From Hemiscyllium ocellatum (Eukaryota): a stretch of DNA of 64,000 nucleotides. Positions within the stretch are counted from its first letter, which is position 1. Every line of letters starts with the position of its first letter. This document shows, in pieces, positions 50,782 to 63,816 of the stretch. A program made the position numbers and the translations under genes. The notes below the pieces were generated by a model that saw only the letters and a list, made by a program, of their open reading frames with translations, was not told where the DNA came from and searched no databases. The stretch lies in the NCBI RefSeq assembly GCF_020745735.1, contig NW_026867489.1, forward strand, positions 310,001 through 374,000, written 5' to 3'.

Positions 50782-51266
50782 AAAATCACTACAGCCTTGC
50801 GGCAGCATGAACATTTAAATATCTGATATACATTGAATACGAGAACTTATCGATCAAAGTACGTTCAGACACTACCTTTGCATCACCGAATCCTTCTGTT
50901 CTGAACAGAGGAGTCAGATGTCAGATTCATATTTCGTCTACTGTGAGGAATTGGCAGGCGAAACAGTGCACAATTCTTAAATCTCCCTTATAATGCCTAG
51001 CATATTGCCGTTTTCTACTGTTCATTCTAACTTCTCCTCTCAGTGTTTAGCTGCTCCTAACACTGAGTGACAACGGAAAATCTTTCACTCGTGTATCCTA
51101 TATAAACGTTTATCGGAATCACCACTCCACAAAATCAGACTAAATAGTAATAATGTTTCTAGGAGTTCCAGACTAAACCGCACAGCTGTGCAGCCGTGAG
51201 AAATCATCCCCTCAATCTGAATTCAACAACAGTGTTCATTCACTGAAACTACTTATTTCATATATA

Positions 51267-51432
51267 CATAGAATCCCGACAGTGTAGAAGCAGGCGACTT
51301 GGCCACCAAGTCCACACAAAACATTGCAAAGCCTCCCACCCAGACCTACACACCGTCCAGCCTTCACAACCCTGGACACTGTGCACAATTTAGTTTTACT
51401 GAGCCACCGACGCTGCACATCTTTAGACTGGT
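51267..51432 (-). mobile_element. HE1/V-SINE 3' fragment
   Basis: catagaatcccgacagtgtagaagcaggc...aagtccacac...ctgcacatctttagactg. Confidence 0.75.
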
Positions 51433-51919
51433 GAAATGACCAAGATGTGTGCCAACTGGATTTCAAGTTGTCTGTCTGGTAACTTAGAGATCAAGTTGTC
51501 CCTCAGGACAGTTAAAGATCAAAGTGTATCTCAGGTCAGTTAGATATCAAGTTGTTTCGAAATTCAGTGAGCAATAAAACTGCATCTTCGGTCAGTTAGT
51601 GACGATCTGTCTATGTCTGCAAATAAACATAATATACGAGGCATGTCTCACTATTGTAATGTAGAAATGGAATCGTGATTATCGACATTAACAGATTTGC
51701 AGATCCAGCAACTTGTCACAAAGCTGGTATTTTTCGCAGAGCTGTTCCTTTCCTCAAGAATACTGTGTCCTTGATTATTTTTTCGTAGGGGTCATAAAAC
51801 CCTCTCCACTCCGAGGCGGCCAATTTGGTGCAGAGATGAAAAAGGATTTTGAGAGATATTTTGATCATACGTAAACAGGTGAGACTTCAGGTCAAACTGG
51901 TCATGTCTTAGAAGTGAAC

Positions 51920-52750
51920 TGTATAATGAAAGGGGAGTGGCCGGCAGCACAGCTGTGCAGTTTAGTCTGGAACTCCTAGAAACAGGCTGCCAAACTCACT
52001 CCTTCTGTCCTTCTGACTTCAACCTATAAGCAGCTGTTCCATTGTTACAGCTCTATAAAGAAAGACGCTAATCGGGGCTGTTGTTTATATACTGGACAGT
52101 ACAACTAGGTCGAGTATGAATATACTAAGTTCTGTAGCGCTTCTTTTTTGTGTATGTTTCATTGTGTAATTGTGTGAATAATTTTGTCTGTGTTGAAACC
52201 AGGTAATCAAACTAGCTAACATACTCCAGGTAATTTTCCCTGTCCACTTAATGAAACAAATTGCAAAGGTATGGTCGGGGGTCCCTGCTTAAGCATATTT
52301 TGAGAGGTCTGGCCTAGTCCATAACAGATTACAGACTCTTTGCGGGATTTTAAATAGGGAGTGGTAGTTGTCATTGTCTTCATTTTTGGAATTTGTTTGA
52401 TTGGGTAGACAAAGTTTGGGATTGTAATGATTCTTTCAGTCCCTAAACGTTTTCTGGAAGTGGATGCGGTCACTTTGGAAGTTTTGCAAAACATGAGTAA
52501 GACCAAACTGCAAGAATTAGCAGACAAGCGTGGATTGGACCTGGCTGCTTCTGTGAGGAAAGGAGAGATATTTTATACAAGCACTTCAGCATTTAAACTT
52601 GCTGGATAAACCATTAGAATGTAGAGGAATGGCAAGAATTCAATTGCAAAATGAAGCAGCTTTTGTTTGAGGCAGCAGATAAGGAACAGAGATGAAATTA
52701 ATATTCAACGAATCTTCAAATTTCGTCACTGTTACTTGATTTTGTCCGAC
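51920..52750 (+). mobile_element. Ty3/gypsy 5' relic: LTR (TG...CA 51920-52326), PBS-like, gag start
   Basis: The LTR end matches 59192 and 27873. Gag-like MILSVPKRFLEVDAVTLEVLQNMSKTKLQELADKRGLDL is homologous to the ATG at ~59320 (MALSVTNRFLAVEELTL). Confidence 0.7.
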
Positions 52751-53254
52751 TGTGTCTGCACAGTTAACATCTTCAGAAATACAGAAAGAAATGGAACTTA
52801 ATGCTTCCATTCTCATTTATTTCTCAACCATCATATCAAGCTCAGGGAATATATTGCAATTCGAGATAAAATACAATTAAAGTGAATATCACTGACACGT
52901 GGGCTTTTTGCGCCTTGAGAACCGAACAATTAAGCGAGCTATAGGAGTAAGGAATGTGTAAATAATAAGAGCCGACATTTTTGCAGACTTGGTAGCAGGT
53001 TTGAACAGAGGAAGATGAAGCTGAATTGTTTCAGATCAGAGCATACTTGAGTCGTATCCAGTCTCACTACCAAGTGGATCTTTTCTGTCGGAATGACAAG
53101 TTGACTCTCAATCAGACCACAGAAGTTTTCTTCTTCAGTCCATTATGCCAAAAATATCATCAAAGCAATATTGAAGGCAGGAGCTTGGCATTTGGCACAT
53201 TCAATTTGTTGGTCCACCCATTAAGATTCATCTACCTCATGCATACTTTCCAGC

Positions 53255-54210
53255 AGTTGTGACCAACCTCTTATTTTTAAACTGTGCCCTCTGGTTCTGG
53301 ACTCACCCATCAGTGGAAGCGTTCTTCCTGACTCCGGAGTGTCCAATCCTTTAACAATCTTATACGCCTCAATCAGATTCCCTCTCAGCCTTCTAAACTC
53401 AAGCGTATGCAAGTCTATTCGCTCCAATTTTACAGGGTAAGATAATCCCGCCATTCCGGGAATTGACCTCGTGAACCTATGCTGCACTCCCTCAATAGTC
53501 AGAATGTCTTTCCTCAAATTGTGAGACTAAAACTGCGCACTATGTTCCAGTTGTGGTCTCGTCAGGGTCCTGTACAACTGCAGAAGGACCTCTTTGCTTC
53601 TATATTCAATTCCTCTTGTTATGAAGGCCTGCATGCTATTAGCTTTCTTCACTGCCTGCTGTACCTGCATGCTTGCTTTCATTAACTGATGTACACGAGC
53701 ACCTAGATCTCGTTGTACTGCCCCTTTACCTAACTTGACTCCATTTAGGTATTAATCTGCCTTCCTGTTCTTGCCACAAAAGTGGATAACCACACATTTA
53801 TCCACATTAAGCTGCATCTGCCATGCGTCCGTCCACTCACTTAGCCTGTCCAGGTCACCCTTTATTCTCCAAACGTGCTCCTCACATTTCACGCTGCCAC
53901 CCACCTCTGTGTCATCAGCAAATTTGCTAATATTACTTTTAATAGCTTCATCTATATCATTAATATACATTGTAAAAAGCTGCAGTTCCATCAATGATCA
54001 CTGCGGCATACCACTGGTCACCGGCTGCCATTCCGAAAGGTGGCCGTTTATCACTACTCTTTGTTTCATGTCAGCCAAACATTTTTAAATCCATGTCAGT
54101 TCTTTGCCCCAATACCATGTGCCATAATTTTGCTAAATTTCACTAACTTCCTATGTGGGACTTTATCAAAGGCTTTCTGAAAGTCCATGTATACTACATC
54201 CACTGGATTT
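53255..54210 (-). mobile_element. CR1 LINE RT/3' fragment, relatively well preserved
   Basis: LFTMYINDIDEAIKSNISKFADDTEVGG (FADD motif) and RKDILTIEGVQHRFTRSIPGMAGLSY. Confidence 0.92.
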
Positions 54211-54437
54211 TCAGAGTTACATCCTCAAAAAATTCCAGAGGATGCACCCTCTGCAAGGGAACTGACTGTAACCCATCTCACGCTGTCTCTATTCATTGAA
54301 GTCCAGCTCCTTGTTTCCAGTTTCACTGAGCAAGTAGTGGCAAAAGATAGTCCAGAGATGACATGTCCAAATATATCAGCAACTTGCGAGAGCAAGGTTT
54401 GGATATATCAACTCCCAACATCCAACTGTCATTTAGC

Positions 54438-54843
54438 ATTGTGGTTAGTCGTCATTTTGGGTTATTTTGGTGTGTTTCTAACAGGTTTGTATTGTTGTGT
54501 TAACTTGGAATGCTCTAACAAACTAAACCGGTGCATCCCCTGAGTTACCCTGTCCGAATCCAAATATATTTTTAGACGTAATGCATTCTCAGTTATGTCA
54601 GATCCGAGACATGGAGATTCTGGGACACTGGTCAGATTTTGGGACAGAAGTGACGTCGACATTCCAATTAAACTACATAGATGTACTGTATATAATACTG
54701 ACACCTACATCATATATACGTATACCGTTGGTATCCGCCGCAGCTATTCAGGATGTCGAGATTTTGCGACAGATTATTTCACTGAAAAACTTCAGAAGCG
54801 TAATAAATTCACCTGTTCAACTGTCTGTGCGCTATATTAATTG
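54438..54843 (+). pseudogene. Degenerate TCR V pseudogene (leader 54438-54484, V exon from 54602), related to the V at 9753
   Basis: 46-nt leader (A)TTG-WLVVILGYFGVFLT-G with a gtttgt donor. The exon starts cag|at ccg aga cat gga gat tct (DPRHGDS, cf. DLNDADS). It contains LHRCTVYNTDTYIIY, RRSYSGCRDFATDYFTEKLQ and a decayed QLS..ALY* end. No clear RSS. Confidence 0.65.
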
Positions 54844-55446
54844 ACAGTCCTGTATCTCTACACGTTCAAGCAAGAATGCATTCCCATTGATGTGCAAAAC
54901 TGGAAGTCGGAGCTCCAGCCTCTTTGAATCTCTGTGGAATCTCAGGCACATGCACCCAGAAACCGTCAGTGAACTCTTCAGGGGAAAATCAGAATATAAA
55001 ATCCAAACTCCATTCACTTTTAAAATAAGCCAAGGTTATACTTGCCTAATACCCGCTGTACTTGGATGTTATTTATGTCTGATTGATGCATTGGAAACTG
55101 AATCAATGCCATTGCCTCTAAAGTGACCATGTGAATAAGTTGAATGTGTTGTCAGTTTACATGGTGCTTTGTGTCACTGGCTTCTGATCGAATTCTTGAT
55201 GTGCTTCGAATTGTGGTAGTGTAGCAGTGAATATACACCAGTCCAATGTGGCTCTGTACAGCACATATATAAGATGGTGGAAACAGAAAGAAGCTATGCC
55301 ATCAGAAATGTATTATTTTCCCTCCAGATATTATATCTCCTACTTCTGCTGCAAACTTCTCCTGAAAAAAACATGATAACTGTCAAACAAATTTCGGAGA
55401 AAATTTCGAATATATTGAAATTATATCAAAATGTATACTGACATGG

Positions 55447-55473
55447 ACACACACACACACACACACACACACG

Positions 55474-55523
<50 letters not shown>
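55447..55523. repeat. (CA)n microsatellite with internal (CG)n
   Basis: Seen directly; alternating purine-pyrimidine throughout. Confidence 0.95.
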
Positions 55524-55527
<4 letters not shown>

Positions 55528-55859
55528 AATGCGCGAGCAGACATTCAAAAGTAGACAAGTGCACATTGAGACATAGAGTCGTACAAAGAATGTGACAGTC
55601 AAATATTCTTTGGACTAGCAAAACTGCGCTGGACATTAACGAGAATTTAACTATCCCAGTCTCATCTTCCAACATTTGGTATAATTCTTGGTATTAATTC
55701 GCATTGTTAGTACTTGTCAGGAGAATTTGCAAGCGTTTACAGTGTACTTTTTGCCTCTACCATACTCAATGACTGACTGGGGCGTCTGAAAAATCACTGG
55801 CAGAATAAAAAAAGAGTTTGCATTTTTGGTGACCCCACTGGCTGTTCCTTTAAATTTCT

Positions 55860-56400
55860 TCAGCAGTCACAGAAGCGTCCACCAATGGGAATCATTCATT
55901 CCTGTCCATTCTAGCTACATTCATTCTTGCTTTTTCGATCTCTGCTCCTCATACTTTGTGACATGCTAATCATGACTGCTGAATGTCCTATATTCGAATG
56001 AAAACAAACAAGTCTGTCCATGCATTCTTCCTAAGTAGAAATCTTCCGCCAAGTCAACATTTAGTAAATCTTCTCTTGCGCAATAAAATCCTTTCTATAT
56101 TGTGGATTCCAAAACTCAACACAACAATTTCGCTGCAGCCTTTCCAACATTACGTGCCATTCCACCATGAGTTCACCGTTCGTAGCTTTACGATTTAACT
56201 AATAAACCTAACTGCACAATTACTATCATAGGTATTCTACTATCTTAATGGACCAGTGGAAAGGCACGCCAAGGTCTCACTGGTCCTCAGTGCTTTGCAA
56301 TGTCCCATGCCATTATTCAATCCTTTGCCTTGTTTATCCTGCCCACATGCATGACCTCGCATTTAGGAAGTTTGAACTCAATTTGACTCTGAGCAGCGAC
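55860..56400 (-). mobile_element. CR1 LINE fragment
   Basis: tccaaaactcaacacaacaatttcgctgcagcc...ccatgcc...cacatgcatgacctcgcattt are reverse-complement CR1 landmarks. Confidence 0.6.
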
Positions 56401-57559
56401 AATCAGCAATGATACGGAATTGTGTCTACCCACTTCAGATACAAATTATCACACAAATGTGTGTCGATTTGTGCGCGTGTGGAGGATGTGTGTCTGGTTG
56501 CAAATGTCACTATTTTGGTACCTTTCCATATCATTGACAACCATCTTAGACTTATCAGTCTCTTCTGTTGGTTTATCAGTGTACAATTCAGTGTCTTCTT
56601 ATCCCCATCTGATTGCGTCTCCCTCGCCTTATTTGGGTTTCAGATTCTTTCGCCCCTTCTGTTGAAATCTCTCTGCATCAACGTACTGAACCTGACTTTG
56701 ATTTGAGAGGCCACAATTTAACAAAATTGAGTTACAGAAGACACCCTCAACCTTAATTTCCAATGTCTTCTGTCAAAATGCAAGGTGCTGAAAGGAACTC
56801 CAAGAGTGGGACAGATATTCTGAGTGAGTACTGCGAAACGCAAATAGGTTCTTTCTTTAATTTTTGCACACAATTTCGGGCATGGGTGGATTTTGATTTG
56901 CCGATCCTTACAGTTATCTGCAACATAGCGATGCTATCGTTAGACTGTGCTAGACAAAGTTAGAAGTCTGATGACACCAGGTTAGAATCCAGCTAATTTA
57001 TTTAAAATCACAATATTTCATAGCACTGCTCCTTTTGTTGGAATATAGTCTGGTATTGGCAGACCTCTGACTGAAGCAAAGAGAGAATTACATTGCTGTT
57101 TGTCTGGTGGCACAGGCAGGCTTTGCCAAACCAGGCGAGGAAGACAATTTCGTTCCCTATACCTTTTCATTCACCCAGATTGTCTGTTCCTGACAAGTGA
57201 TTCTAGGTAATCATTAATTATTGATAACAGCTCTTTTTGCTGATTTATGGTCTTAAACGGCTGGTTTTGAATCCCTTTACCAAGAATATTACCTCACACT
57301 TTCATCTCATATCCTATTGGTCATACCACAAGGAGTTACTTTTGGTGTGATCATTATGAAGATGAAGCTGAACTGCGATGATAGAGATGCTGATAGTTAC
57401 GTTTGAGCTTATGTACAATGATGTTTGAAATGGGATTTGAGGGCCTGAATCAGAGAAGGGCAGTTTGCGATGCCACGAGGATTTCATGTGAGGTGTGCTA
57501 CAATGCAGAAGACAAACCCTTCTGCTAATTAAAAACAAACGCTCAGAAAAACTCACCTC

Positions 57560-58270
57560 GCCTCGTAATCTTTTAAAATGTCGGAATGAAAGAAGTTCTA
57601 TTATGCACACCAGATAAATTAAAAGTAATTATTTATTTAACTCTAAGATGGAACACTAACCAAAGCTATTAATAAAACGAACACTCTTTCCCACACCTAT
57701 CCACTATCAGTTAGCTTACAGCAATTCTATCAAAGTTCAGTTCTAATAACACAAAGATTGAACATTACGTTAACTTATTTTCTCATAGTCCATAAGCGTG
57801 TTATGTTCTCTTCCTTCTGGTCTTCCTTCCGGTCTTCCAATTCTGCTATCTTCTGCCTGGGTCATCTTACTTTTATAGAAAAAAGATACCTTTTGATGGA
57901 TAGTGAATAATGCAATTTCTTTGAAACATTATGTTTATTTCGTCAGATGGCAGTTGCAAAGATAAGATTTCAAAATGCGTGCGTTTCTTTTAATACCCCC
58001 AGCAATGTCCCCTCTCATTCGTCCAACGTTGTCAATACAACATATTCAAACTCAAGTGTGTTTCAGTATCCTGAGCACAATTTAAATTAATTGGTTAAAT
58101 TTGACTTATTTTTCAAAACTCTGGTATCATTTAACAGCCATTTGTGAGGTGTAGCTACTTTGGAACTGTCTGTATCTTCACTGTTCTGCATTCTCGCAGC
58201 TGTTGCTGCCTTTCAATTTATTTTAAAAATCAGAACGCACTATCTAATTTAACAAGTGAGCATATCGTCT
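57560..58270. repeat. LTR-like repeat, diverged copy of 59640-60390
   Basis: Shared colinear motifs tttaactctaa, aaaagatacc-ttt, tttcaaaatgc and aatttaaa..ggttaaatt. Confidence 0.55.
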
Positions 58271-61200
58271 TTCGACTTAGTAACAATTACAATTATCGAG
58301 TGAGGGTACATGGGCAATTTGTGTTGCAGAAATGAACTGTGTTGTATGATAAGCTGGGACGAAATGAAGTGGAGCAGCAAGATAAAATGTCTTCAGAGAA
58401 ACATTACTTGAAATCTGAGGAATGTCTTTCAATTGGTAGAAGATGTTGTTTCAAAATGCTTGCTTCTTTGGTTTAATGAAGTGAGAACCAACACATACCA
58501 GCAATGTGAGAACATCTGATACCTCGAGACAGCATATCACTGAGAGCAGAATTTTAGAATGGGTGTCTTCTGTGACGAAGCTGCCCCTTTAACAAGGTTA
58601 TGCAGACCTTGCCTTTTATCAGAGAAATCATAAATGCAACAGAAACTGAAAGTCTGGTGTGTACTGTTTCATGGTGAATTTGATAACAAATAAGAGATAT
58701 TGCCTCAGACAGTGTCTTTCAATTAAAAAAAACTGCACAATGAAAGGGTTGTGGTCATTTCTATCTATTAAACTTTTCTCTTGTTTATATTTTTAGCTGT
58801 AGTGTCAAAAAAGCTTCTAGACCCACAATGGCAGGTCCAAGCTGACGCACTCTCTCTTTCTACCTTCTATTCTGTAAGGACTTGTGTTTGGTTTTACCTA
58901 TTGTGCCAATAGGTGTTTATAGAAATTGTAGCAAGTATTTGGAACATCCCAACAGTTAAGTTGGGATGATCTGTTTATTTCGGTGAAATTAAGCCATTCG
59001 TTAGTCTGTATTCTATTGTTGTGTATCCTTCAGTAATCCTGTAAATATATTCTGTTTTTCAAAGACTAAGGGTTTTGACCAGTTATTTTTTTCCTGGAAC
59101 ATTCACTTTGCACCTACTTAAAATAGCTAGCAAAGTTTTGGTCTTGGCTACTTTCTTGAAATGTTTTGAGGGGTCTGCCCTGTTTCATAACAAATTGTAG
59201 GCTCGTATGGATTTTGATTTGCAGTTCTAAATCGGGATTTAGGCAGCAGGTGGTAGGTGCTTTTGTCTTTTGTTCCAGGTGTTGATTTTGGTTGACTTAA
59301 ACAGTTCTTGGGCTAGAAATGGCTCTTTCAGTCACCAACAGATTTCTGGCGGTCGAAGAACTGACCTTGCGAGTTTTGCAAATGTGTTTAAGGCCAAGAA
59401 TTATCTGACACCCTGGAGTTGGAGCTACCTTCTTCTGTGAGGAAGTGAGAGTCGCCAGCAGCCACAGCTCAGCACTGGTGTTTCCTGCAAATGCGAACAG
59501 AATCTTTATGGATGGCTAAAATTCAATTGTAAACGATACAACTTCGGTTAGAGAAGAAGGACAAGGAATTACGACTGCAAGCTGAAGAGAAAGGAAATGA
59601 AAGAAACAGATAAAAGTGTAACGCAATTGCGGCAAACTTTTCAGTTAACTAAACTAAACGCCCTGAAAAGTTACATTGCCTCGTAATCTGTTCAAGTAAA
59701 AGTGGCAGAGAACTCTCAAATTCCACTACTTAAGGAAAATTATCTCAATTTATTCTTTAACTCTAAAAGTGAACATTAAACAACTTTCACAACTCGTACC
59801 CTGTCTTTTTCTTGACTGCATAGTACCTCCCTCCAACTCTACAACAATATGATGTTCCAATAAACATTTATTTAAATTCATTTCAAAGCCATACAGTGGC
59901 TGTCGTCTCCGGTGTCTTTCTTCTGTTGACTGTAGGTCTCCCTGGGTCGTCTTCATTCTTTTACTGCGATGATGTTTCATCTGAAAAGATACCTTTGACG
60001 GGGAGTGCTTCAATATTTTGTGTCTATCTCGACGGCAGTTACTTTCTCGATGGCAGGAACTCTGTCGAAGGCACTTACTCTGAATGACTTTCAAAATGCC
60101 TGCTTTTCAATGTCCCCAACATTTGCTTGTCTCATTGGTTCAATTTTGCAAAGCAATAAATTCAAACCCGACTCTGTTCATTTATCCTGCGGCATAATTT
60201 AAACCGATTTGTTAAATTCGAATTGGTTTCAAAACAGCAACTAAATCATCTATCCATTTCTCAGTCAAGTTCTGCATATTTTCAATTTTCCTTCACACTC
60301 TGAGACTGCTAGCTAATCCTCAGAGGTGCTTGACGGCTCTCTTTTCAGAAAAGCATTCGCTCACTTAAATGACAAGTGCATGCTTTCAAGTTAATAACGA
60401 GAGTGAGAAATGAAGAGAGAGGAAACGAAGAAAGAGAAAGCGTTTGAATTTCAGAAGTTGGCACTTCGACAGAAGCATTAAAAATTACTGATGTAAGGAG
60501 AAGTGATGTAGAAGAGAATTAAAACCACAAGATTAGCTGCTGAATTGGCTGATGACAATGAGTTGATCCCTAAAATAATGTTCGAATTCCATAATCAAAT
60601 TCAATACGTGGGAGATAGTTATTTGAGAAAAGAGAAATGCTTACGTGGAAAGGGAAAAGTAGATGTCGGTGAAGATCATAAGGATAAGTTACCACACGCT
60701 CAAAACGAAACTTTGAAGGGGACAGAGAAGTTCAAATCATTCAGTACTTGCACAATAAAGTAGGCGTCTTGAAATCATAATGTTGGTGGGTTAGAAGAAG
60801 CCCTGGGAAGACGTATGAAAACAGAATAAACAAGTGAATTTAGTTGATGTGGAATGAGAAAGCACAGTGGGGGCGAGAGTCCTGCACGAGAAGTTGCAAG
60901 CTGGTCGGAGGTTGGTTAAGAAGAAAGTGCCAAATCTACTGAAATCATATATCTGCAAAGGTAAAGTATATTCCCATCCGTCACAAGGAACATGTAAAGT
61001 GTTTACAATATTAAGACACACAGGATCCTCTCGAACTTTTGAAGGACTATTGCCTGATAAAGTTCTCATAAAGGAATTAACGGTGAGACAAAAAGCGCAT
61101 AAATAGGTATAGTTAGGTTAAAAAATATAGTGAAGAGTGGAAAATTCGTTGAAGGAATACTGGACAAACTCTCAATTCCAGGAATGCAAGTGCGAATGAT

Positions 61201-61697
61201 ACAGCTGGTTCACCAGTAGCAGTGCTGTCCACTGTCTTTGAAAATTCAGTGAAAACTCAGGCAATTAATATATTGCAGGGCACATAGTTTGTAATATTTC
61301 CTGACTGTATGGTAACTAGGTCATGAACACATCAGCTGAAACAGGAGAGATCAAAGAGTACATACAAGAAATTTGAAAAATGAGCAGAGACCCTGTTTGA
61401 TCAGATGTTTGGCACAAACCAAGAGCAGATAGATGACGATGCAACCATGTTTCGCTCAGATAAGTCAACTGAGTTACATCAGAAAGATTAAAACTTAAAG
61501 CAATCATCTCAAAATGAATGCATAGAAAATGAATCCGAAAATGCCCCATAATGTTCATATTTTCACAATGACGTCTTAATGAGGAAATGTAGACCATCAT
61601 GTATTCAGGCAGTTGAGAAATGGACAAAAGTTCATCATATTGTAGCATCAGTTGGTAATAGAAATGAGGTGATGCGAGTGGTGCATGAGCTACAGTC

Positions 61698-61719
61698 TAT
61701 ATATCTATATCTATATCTA

Positions 61720-61750
<31 letters not shown>

Positions 61751-61790
61751 ACACACACACACACACACGTGTGTGTGTGTATGTATACAA
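61698..61790. repeat. Compound microsatellite (TA/TCTA/CA/TG) inside the integrase zinc finger
   Basis: Seen directly; the (AC)n(GT)n junction is self-complementary. Confidence 0.92.
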
Positions 61791-63597
61791 CTGGCCAGGG
61801 TTGTACAACGATTTGTTTGAATTTTGCCAGACATGTCATAAAAGTCAGGTAATTTGAAAACCACAGGCGTTAATTTAACACGGACCTTTCATAAATATCC
61901 GTGCATTTGAGGAAATCTTCATGATACTCTTAATTGATTGCGTCGGTAAATGACGTCAAACAAAATGTGGGAATCAGTAGTTGTTCACAATAATGCATGT
62001 GCCGAGTAGATTTGCAAAGGCTTTTTTCATTAAACAATATCACAAGGAAGATTAGTGTGGAGGAATTAGTGAAGTTTTTCACAAGATATGGGCTCCTGAC
62101 AGAGATAAGATTAGATCAAGGGTCGAACATCACTCAAGAGTAGTCACGAAAGTTTTGGACAGCTTAGAAATAAAACAACTCAAATCTACTTCGCAATATC
62201 TAGAACTGCAGGGAGTGGTGGATACGGGGCATCCAATATTTAAGACATTGTTGAACGCCTATAGTCATTACTATCTCGATGACTGGACGAAGAGAATTCC
62301 GTTTGAGCTTTTTTGTGTTCAGAGATAGACCAAATGACTCGACCAAACGGGGTCCATTTAAATTATATTTTGGTAAAAAAGTGAGAGGACCGTTAAAATT
62401 GATTAAAGCGAAGTTGGTACTGAGAATTCAGAAATCATATATTTGTATTATGTGTCAAATTTTAAGGAAAGATTAAATAGAGCTAGGTAGTTGGCTAGAC
62501 GGGTCCTTATAGTACAACAGCATACAATGAAAAAGGAAGCAGCCAAAAATCAAAGATGAGCAATTTTGCTCTCGGGGATAATGCATTAATGTTAATTCCA
62601 GTGATACACGAACCTGTAAGAGTAAGAATTTATGGACGTCATCAAGTCTGAAGGAGATTGAGTAAGGTGAACTCTTTGATAAGTACTCTAAATATAAATA
62701 TTTCTTAGCGACTGTCTTGTGCATATGATCAAAAAGGTATTGAACAGGGAAGGAAAGCGAGAGGAGAACTTGTTAATGATTACAACACATGGGGAAGAAC
62801 CAAGTTCAGAGTATTCTGAATTAGACATCCATCAAGTTAAATTAGACAGTGAGGAAATTGTCATGAATTGGGAAAAATAATTGAGTTAACCTTCCACAGT
62901 AAAACCGAAAATATCTGAAATAGTTATTTCTGACACATGGGAAGATAAAGGGAATTATGCTGGTACGTACTAACCTAATTATGAATGAAGTAGATACTGC
63001 TTATCCAGTTAAGAAACATCCTTATAGGCATGACAATCTAACGTTGTCACGTGTTCAAACGGAAATTAATCACATACTCCAAGGCATATTTGATATGAAT
63101 TACAGTGACTGAAGCTCACGCATAGCAATGGTGCCAAAACCAAATGATACACAAAGGTTATGCGTGGACTCCTGCAAAGTCAATGCAATTACAAAATCTG
63201 ATGCAGGTCAGATTCTGCGATTGAATATTGTGTTGGAAGTCGTGACAAGTGACATATTTCTAAGTTGGACTGGTTTGGACGATACTGGTTGGTAGCTTTG
63301 TCAGAAATAGAAAACACACTTTCGGCTTTCTTTATGCCGAATTGATTGTATGAGTTTCAAGTCATGCTACTTGGCATGAAAAATGCGCCAGCCCCTTTTC
63401 AGAGACCAACCAATAAGGTCCATGCCGGTTTATCAATATGTTTTGTAAATATGGATGATCCGGCGATTTCTGGTCTTCATTATATGTGATACAGAAGGGT
63501 CATTTACAACACTTGTCAGGCTTTTTCCATCAACTTTGGAAGGCTGGTTTGGCGATAAACCTGGATAAAAGTGAGTTTGCTAAAGCCTGGTCACTTT

Positions 63598-63816
63598 GAG
63601 CTGAAAATGTGTTTCTGGAAAAGCGCAGCAGGTGAGGCATCATCCCAAGGAGCAGGAGAATCGATGTTTCAGGCATAAGCCCTTCTTCAGGAATCCCTTC
63701 AGGCTCGTGCCCAAAACGTCGATTCTCCTGCTCATTGAATGCTGCCTAACCTGCTGCGCTTTTCCAGCAACACATTTTCGGCTCTGATCCCCAGCATTTG
63801 CAGTCCTCACTTTTTT
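63598..63816. mobile_element. Penelope-derived hairpin element inserted into gypsy RT, with 12-bp TSD
   Basis: Inverted arms 63598-63664 and 63719-63784. Flanks are cctggtcacttt (63586-63597) and cctggtaacttt (63817-63828). Confidence 0.88.

Noticed and set aside
53030-53250. Possible V 5' fragment after a tttcag acceptor
   Set aside because: Only a loose VTLN similarity; no Cys or Trp.
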